A stretch of DNA of 61,218 nucleotides, the filler included. It is 9 parts of 9 records of this genome, joined end to end, with 100 filler letters (N's around TTAATTAATTAA, not from the genome) between each part and the next. Parts side by side here need not be neighbours in the genome. Positions count along the whole stretch, not along the records: positions 55,428 to 61,218 come from SRR31147125_25770; 8 more parts are not named here. One strand, written 5' to 3'. The notes beneath the pieces were generated by a model that saw nothing but the letters and a program-made list of their open reading frames with translations, ran no database searches and was not told the origin of the DNA. Position 1 is the first letter of the stretch. Every line of letters starts with the position of its first letter. Of the stretch, positions 55,632-61,218 are shown one piece after another. A program made the position numbers and the translations under genes.

Positions 55632-56312
55632 ATGATTGAAGCTTCACTGATACGCCAATGTCATCTTTTTTCTGGTCTTAAAGATGAGGATGTCACTTTG
55701 CTGTCATCGATAATCAAAGAGCAGACGTTTGATCGTGGCGTAATCCTGTTTGAACAGGGTGAAGAAGCTGCGGGTTTTTATGTGGTCAACACTGGTAAAG
55801 TGAAAATTTACAAATTGTCGCCAGATGGTAAAGAACGGATTCTTCATGTCGTTCAGCCGGGTGAAAGCTTTGCCGATGCAGCGATCTTTGCTGATGGATC
55901 TTATCCGGCGTTTGCTGAAACGATTATGAAATCTGCGTTACTGTTTTTCCCTAAAAAAGATTTTCTTGATTTGCTGCACCAGCATTCGCGGCTGTCTATC
56001 AATATGATAGCCGGCTTGTCACGCTACTTACGTCAGTTTACTGTTCAGATCGAAGACCTGACGTTTCGAGATGTCCCATCTCGCTTGGCGCGCTACCTGA
56101 TTGAGACGGGCGAATCGTCGAAGGCCTGTTTTTATCTGCCGCTGTCCAAGTCTCAATTGGCATCCAATCTGGGGACAACCAGTGAGACGTTATCACGAAC
56201 GTTCAGGAAGCTGATGGACGAGGAACTGATATCAGTCAGCGGAAAAGAGATCACGCTCCTCGATTTTGAGCGACTCTATGATCTTTCGATCAGTCATCGA
56301 TCTGAGGAGTAG
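55632..56312 (+). CDS. Crp/Fnr-family regulator (HcpR/Dnr-like)
   Basis: LFEQGE, GKVKIYK.SPDGKE, PGESFA, LGTTSETLSR HTH; no Fnr Cys cluster. Confidence 0.9.
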   Translation: MIEASLIRQCHLFSGLKDEDVTLLSSIIKEQTFDRGVILFEQGEEAAGFYVVNTGKVKIYKLSPDGKERILHVVQPGESFADAAIFADGSYPAFAETIMKSALLFFPKKDFLDLLHQHSRLSINMIAGLSRYLRQFTVQIEDLTFRDVPSRLARYLIETGESSKACFYLPLSKSQLASNLGTTSETLSRTFRKLMDEELISVSGKEITLLDFERLYDLSISHRSEE

Positions 56313-56321
56313 CGATTAATC

Positions 56322-56684
56322 ATGGAAACAGAACCGACTTTGACGCGCCAGGAAAAAAAAGATCTGAAAGTTTTGGCGTTATTTACATCCGTGTATTGTC
56401 GTGACCATCATAAAGAGCAGCAAACAGAGTCTTTGGTGATGTTACCAAAAGAGCTGGCGCGACTTAATCGTTATCGCTATTGTCCCGATTGCCATGAGTT
56501 TTTATGTTATGCGATCGAACGTCGACTGAAATGTCCGCTTGAAGAGAAACCATCCTGTAAACATTGCCACATCCATTGTTATCGCCCCGGTCATCGAGAA
56601 ATGGTGCGTGAAGTCATGCGTTATTCCGGGAAGAATCTGATCAGAAAAGGTCGACTTGATTTGTTGTGGCACTACCTCTTTTAA
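56322..56684 (+). CDS. YgbA-like (nitrous-oxide-stimulated promoter family) Cys/His-rich protein
   Basis: YCRDHH, CPDC, RLKCPLEEKPSCKHCHIHCY, VMRYSG. Confidence 0.85.
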   Translation: METEPTLTRQEKKDLKVLALFTSVYCRDHHKEQQTESLVMLPKELARLNRYRYCPDCHEFLCYAIERRLKCPLEEKPSCKHCHIHCYRPGHREMVREVMRYSGKNLIRKGRLDLLWHYLF

Positions 56685-56832
56685 TTCACCTGACAGCACT
56701 AACCACCTGCAATTATTATTTTCTTGAATTGATTAAAATTATTTGGTAGATTCGCTTAATAAGTTTTTTATGATTATACTGAAAATTGCTTTTTAACGTG
56801 ATTCCCGATTCCGAATTTTAAGGAGTAAAGGC

Positions 56833-57504
56833 ATGCGGATACTTGTTGTCGAAGATGAAAAAAAGGTCTCCAGTTTTATCCAGCGTGGACTCGAAGAAGA
56901 AGGCTATTCCGTCGATGTTGCTTATGATGGAGAAGAGGGGGTCGAAAAGGCAAAGAACGAATCTTATGATGTTATTCTGATGGATATCATGCTGCCGAAA
57001 AAGGATGGCTTGGCTGCGATTCAGGAATTGCGCGAGAGCAATGTCAATGCTCCTGTTTTGTGTCTGACAGCACGTGATTCTGTCGATGATAAGGTCACGG
57101 GCCTTGATATCGGCGCAGATGACTATCTGGCAAAGCCTTTTGCCTTTGCCGAGTTGGTCGCTCGGTGCCGTGCTTTGAACCGTCGTGGAACCGCTGACCG
57201 TGGCAAAGAAATCTATTTTGCGGACTTACGACTTGATCCGGTTGCTCACAAGGTCTGGCGCGGTGATGACGAGATTGATCTGACATCAAAAGAATACGCA
57301 TTGATGGAATATTTCATGCGTCATCCTAATCAGCCCCTGACTCGCGCGATGATCGCTGAGAACGTCTGGGACTACACGTTCGATTCATTTACCAACATCA
57401 TTGATGTTTACGTTAACTACCTGCGCAACAAGGTGGATCGCAACTACGACAAGAAGTTGATTCATACCGTGCGCGGTCAAGGGTATATGCTGAAAGAAGC
57501 GTAA
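56833..57504 (+). CDS. OmpR-family response regulator (CusR-like)
   Basis: ILVVEDE, DIMLP, GADDYLAKPF, IHTVRGQGY. Confidence 0.94.
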   Translation: MRILVVEDEKKVSSFIQRGLEEEGYSVDVAYDGEEGVEKAKNESYDVILMDIMLPKKDGLAAIQELRESNVNAPVLCLTARDSVDDKVTGLDIGADDYLAKPFAFAELVARCRALNRRGTADRGKEIYFADLRLDPVAHKVWRGDDEIDLTSKEYALMEYFMRHPNQPLTRAMIAENVWDYTFDSFTNIIDVYVNYLRNKVDRNYDKKLIHTVRGQGYMLKEA

Positions 57505-57526
57505 AGTTCGCTCGAATTTTTTATTG

Positions 57527-57563
57527 AAAAGCCCAACAGCACGTTTGTGTCGTTGGGCTTTTT
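57527..57563 (+). terminator. Intrinsic terminator
   Basis: AAAAGCCCAAC...GTTGGGCTTTTT. Confidence 0.8.
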
Positions 57564-57577
57564 AATTTTTGTGAGGA

Positions 57578-58633
57578 ATGATGATAACACCTGTTGTATT
57601 GGCAGGAGGTAACGGGAAGCGCTTGTGGCCTCTTTCAGTAGAATCATCGCCGAAACCGTTACTGCCCCTGGTTGGTAAAGAGTCAATGCTGCAGAAGACT
57701 CTTCAGCGGGTGGCACCTATGGACCGTATGACAGGAACAATTATTGTTTGTCAGCACAATCATCGATTTCAAATAGCTGAACATGCGAGTAGATCAGGTG
57801 CATGTCTCGACAGGATAATTCTCGAGCCTTGCAGCCGAAATACAGCTCCGGCGATTGCACTGGCAGCTTTTCGTGTTTTGGAAAACAAGAGAACCGGCCT
57901 ACTTCTCATTCTTCCTGCCGATCATCATATTGATGATGTTCAAAAATTCCACAAGGCAATCAAGGATGCGACAGTATCTGCAGAAGAGGGGTTTCTCGTC
58001 ACTTTTGGAGTAAAGCCGAATCGACCCGAGACAGGCTACGGCTACATAAAAAGCAAGATTGCAGACGAGAAAGTCAAACCTGTTGCTGAGTTTGTTGAAA
58101 AACCTGATTTGAAGACAGCGCAACGTTTCCTTGAACAAGGCCGATATCTTTGGAACAGTGGGATGTTCCTTTTCAGAACGGATACATACCTGGAAGAATT
58201 GAAGCGACATTGTCCCGATATTTATGACCATAGCTTAAAGGCCTATGAGAACAGTGAACGTGGTCTGGACTTTCTAGAAATTGAGGAGCGTTTCTACCAG
58301 AGCTGCCCGGCAGCATCAATTGACACTGCAATTATGGAAAAAACAAAGAATGCCACGGTCTGCGAATACGACACTGGATGGAGTGATGTTGGATCCTGGA
58401 AAAGTTTGTGGAATGTTAAGGACAAAGATCAATCAGGAAATGTTCTCATCGGTGACGTGTTCTGTGATCAGGTGAAAAACAGCTATATTCACTCAACGGG
58501 TCGACCGATTGTTGCCATAGGGGTCGATGATCTTGTTGTCTTTGAGCGAGAGGGAGTCCTGTTAATTGCAAATAAAGATGATGCATTCAAGGTAGAAAAA
58601 ATACGTGATAAGCTAGTAGGAATAAAGCTATAA
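57578..58633 (+). CDS. manC: Mannose-1-phosphate guanylyltransferase (no C-terminal cupin isomerase domain)
   Basis: LAGGNGKRLWPLS, EPCSRNTAPA, PADH, ETGYGYI, FVEKP, WNSGMF, WSDVGSW. Confidence 0.9.
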   Translation: MMITPVVLAGGNGKRLWPLSVESSPKPLLPLVGKESMLQKTLQRVAPMDRMTGTIIVCQHNHRFQIAEHASRSGACLDRIILEPCSRNTAPAIALAAFRVLENKRTGLLLILPADHHIDDVQKFHKAIKDATVSAEEGFLVTFGVKPNRPETGYGYIKSKIADEKVKPVAEFVEKPDLKTAQRFLEQGRYLWNSGMFLFRTDTYLEELKRHCPDIYDHSLKAYENSERGLDFLEIEERFYQSCPAASIDTAIMEKTKNATVCEYDTGWSDVGSWKSLWNVKDKDQSGNVLIGDVFCDQVKNSYIHSTGRPIVAIGVDDLVVFEREGVLLIANKDDAFKVEKIRDKLVGIKL

Positions 58634-58731
58634 AGAAATATGGTTTAGATAGTTAATCAGACTTTGTTAGAAACTTGTTGAAGGCAATGAAGGCCCTGGA
58701 CAGATCAGGACCTTCATTGTTAGACGGCAGA

Positions 58732-59487
58732 TTAGCCTTTAAATTTCACAATCCGAACGAAGTCTTCAGCATTGAGGCTCGCGCCTCCGACAAGTGCACC
58801 ATCAATGTCATCTTCCGCCATCAGCTCATCCACATTGCCGGGCTTAACGCTGCCTCCATAAAGAATACGCGTTGCCAGAGCGGTGTCCGGGGTGAACAGG
58901 CCCTGAAGCAGGCCGCGGATGAAAGAGTGGGCGTCCTGAGCCTGATCAGCGGTCGCTGTTTTGCCGGTTCCGATGGCCCAGACCGGCTCATAGGCAATGA
59001 CGACGTTGCCCATCTGATCTTCTGGAATCCCGGTCAGGCCACCTTTGGTCTGCTGAGTCAGCACCTCCAGCATCTGGTCACTTTCGCGCTCCTGCAGTGT
59101 CTCACCGACACAAAGAATCACTTTAAGGCCGGTTTCAAGGGCGGCCTTGACCTTTTGATTGATAAAGGCATCCGTTTCGCCCAGCAGCTGACGGCGCTCC
59201 GAATGACCGATAATAACGTATTGGCAGCCGATATCTTTTAAAAACAGCGGTGAGACTTCACCAGTAAAAGCACCGCTCTCATCGGGATAGCAGTTTTGAG
59301 CAGACAACGCGACATTGGAACCTTTCAGCTCCTTCGCGATGTCGGAAAGAACGGTGTAAACCGGTGCGATAACGATATCCCGACCTTCAACGTCCTGGCA
59401 GCTCTTCACCAATTCATTCGCTAGGGCTGTGGCTTCGCTGAGCGTCTTATTCAGTTTCCAGTTTCCTGCAATCATGGGTGTGCGCAT
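58732..59487 (-). CDS. tpiA: Triosephosphate isomerase
   Basis: AGNWK, GHSERR, AYEPVWAIGTG, YGGSV, VGGASL. Confidence 0.98.
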   Translation of the reverse strand: MRTPMIAGNWKLNKTLSEATALANELVKSCQDVEGRDIVIAPVYTVLSDIAKELKGSNVALSAQNCYPDESGAFTGEVSPLFLKDIGCQYVIIGHSERRQLLGETDAFINQKVKAALETGLKVILCVGETLQERESDQMLEVLTQQTKGGLTGIPEDQMGNVVIAYEPVWAIGTGKTATADQAQDAHSFIRGLLQGLFTPDTALATRILYGGSVKPGNVDELMAEDDIDGALVGGASLNAEDFVRIVKFKG

Positions 59488-59536
59488 GAAAAACTCCAAT
59501 ATGAAATATGATCAAATTCTATAAGACAAAAAGAAA

Positions 59537-59614
59537 CAGGGATACAGGGGATGAAGGGGATAAATCCAATAATTTGATTTTGACTTTATCCCACCTCTAT
59601 CCCATTTATCCCTG
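59537..59614. repeat. REP-like palindromic intergenic element
   Basis: Three GGGAT-type units (CAGGGATA CAGGGGATG AAGGGGATAAA) facing three ATCCC units. Confidence 0.75.
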
Positions 59615-59669
59615 ATAATAAGCCATCATGGTTATTGGCTCTTTAGCCTTGTTTTTGATGATAACAAAA

Positions 59670-60860
59670 TCATTTATCACTTAAAGCGACGACACCGGGC
59701 AGGGCTTTCCCCTCAAGAAACTCAAGAGAAGCACCGCCTCCGGTGGAAATATGTGTCATCTGATCCTGCAGGTTCGATTTATTCACGGCGGCAACAGAAT
59801 CGCCTCCACCAATAATCGAAAGGCAATCGGTCGCGGCCAGCGCTTGTGCCATAGCGAAGGTTCCTTTGGCAAAGGCATCAAATTCAAACACGCCCATCGG
59901 TCCGTTCCAGACGACGGTGCCGGCGGATTCAACGCGTGCTTGATAGAGCGCTGTTGTTTCAGGCCCAATATCAAGCCCCATGACATTGGCCGGGAAATCA
60001 ACGTTGTTTGATGCGATCACCGGACTGTCGGCAGAAAACTCTTCCGCGCACAGATGATCGATCGGCAGAAGGAATTCAACGTTCTTGGCTTTCGCCTTAG
60101 CCAGCAGGTCGGCAGCCATTGCAATCCGATCGTCTTCAACCAAGGATTTTCCAACTTCAAACCCCTGCGCTTTTAAAAAGGTATAAGCCATGCCACCACC
60201 GATCAGGATGGTGTCAACTTTTTCAAGCAGATTTTCAATGACGGTAATTTTATCACTGACTTTTGCACCACCGATGATGGCCACAAAAGGACGGACCGGG
60301 TCAGCCAAGGCTCCGCCCAGGTATTTCAGTTCTTTTTCCATCAGGAATCCGGCAACGGCAGGTTCCAGAATGCGGGCAACGCCTTCTGTTGAGGCATGGG
60401 CACGGTGAGCGGTCCCGAAGGCATCATTGACGTAAACATCAGCCAGTTTTGCTAACTGCTTGGCGAAATCGGGGACGTTATCGGTTTCACCAGTGTAGAA
60501 GCGCACATTCTCCAATAGCATTACGTCACCATCAGAGAGCTCATTTGCGAGCTGTTCGATATCTTCTCCGACGCAGTCGGGAGCCATCGTGACGGCTTTC
60601 TTGAGTAAAGATTCCAGATGACTGGCCACGGGGGCCAGGCTGTACGCTGGATCTTTTTCCCCTTTTGGACGGCCTAGATGCGAGGCCAGGATCACCTTGG
60701 CGCCCTGATCTATAAGATGAGTAATCGTTGGCAGCGCAGCTCAGACCCGTGTGTCATCGGTGATGGCACCGGCCTCATTTAAGGGGACGTTGAAGTCAAC
60801 ACGGCAGAAAACTTTCTTTCCACGCACGTCGATATCGCGAATCGATTTCTTGTTAAACAT
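59670..60860 (-). CDS. pgk: Phosphoglycerate kinase, interrupted by an in-frame TGA at 60741-43
   Basis: [50 protein letters not shown] all in one frame. Confidence 0.93.
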
Positions 60861-60888
60861 ATGTACCTGCTCCAAATAGTAGGAAAAA

Positions 60889-61218
60889 TTACAAACGGTC
60901 CGCCATATAGCGAACCATATCAATGACCCGGTTGGAATAGCCCCATTCATTGTCATACCAGGAGAGCACCTTGACCAGGTTGTCACCAATGACGTTGGTC
61001 GACAGGGCATCAAACGATGATGACGCCGAAGATCCGTTATAGTCACGGGAGACAAGCGGAAGATCAGAATAGTCGAGAATTCCCTTCAGTGACCCGTCTG
61101 CCGCAGCTTTCATGGCAGCATTAACAGCTTCAATGTTAGTAGATTTTTCTGTTTCGACGACCAGATCAACAAGTGATACATTCGGTGTTGGAACCCGGAT
61201 CGCCATGCCGTCCAGCTT
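60889..61218 (-). CDS. gap: Glyceraldehyde-3-phosphate dehydrogenase (3' part)
   Basis: [24 protein letters not shown]. Confidence 0.97.
   Translation of the reverse strand, partial: KLDGMAIRVPTPNVSLVDLVVETEKSTNIEAVNAAMKAAADGSLKGILDYSDLPLVSRDYNGSSASSSFDALSTNVIGDNLVKVLSWYDNEWGYSNRVIDMVRYMADRL

Noticed and set aside
60741-60743. Selenocysteine or genetic-code reassignment in pgk
   Set aside because: The position is not a Cys site, no clear SECIS is seen, and pgk itself terminates with TGA.

Overview
The window is not one locus. It is nine unrelated contigs (metagenome-like) joined by 100-bp N spacers containing TTAATTAATTAA: (1) 1-5999 Bacteroidota; (2) 6100-11669 a filamentous-phage (inovirus) prophage ending at a duplicated tmRNA 3' end, then decayed island remnants, host probably Desulfobacterota; (3) 11770-22763 Clostridia-like (lrgAB, putP, DUF1015 fusion, lysC, start of S10 operon); (4) 22864-29938 Spirochaetia-like RpiR/aldolase/ABC transporter; (5) 30039-36058 Desulfobacterota-like hsp20-hsp20-clpB; (6) 36159-41419 rdgC-like pair, putative oriC, dnaN, gyrB; (7) 41520-48567 Bacteroidota mlaEFD and hybrid kinase; (8) 48668-55327 Bacteroidota coaD/pyrE region; (9) 55428-61218 Desulfuromonadales-like crp/fnr, manC, tpiA, pgk, gap. 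Taxonomic labels are inferred from protein style only. Many genes are split by single-base losses in homopolymers, almost certainly sequencing error. The best candidate for an undescribed system is the inovirus. Where the assembly ATPase gene (pI/zot) normally follows pVI, it has a second, leaderless copy of the major coat protein (23/40 identical residues) with a 51-aa C-terminal tail, then an ASCH gene. It also carries a wHTH-nuclease cargo gene beside its att site. Other highlights: a DUF1015 protein fused to a ~575-aa charge-blocked disordered tail, a dnaA-less oriC-like region with non-canonical DnaA boxes, a probable sigma-54 chaperone operon, and an in-frame TGA in pgk.
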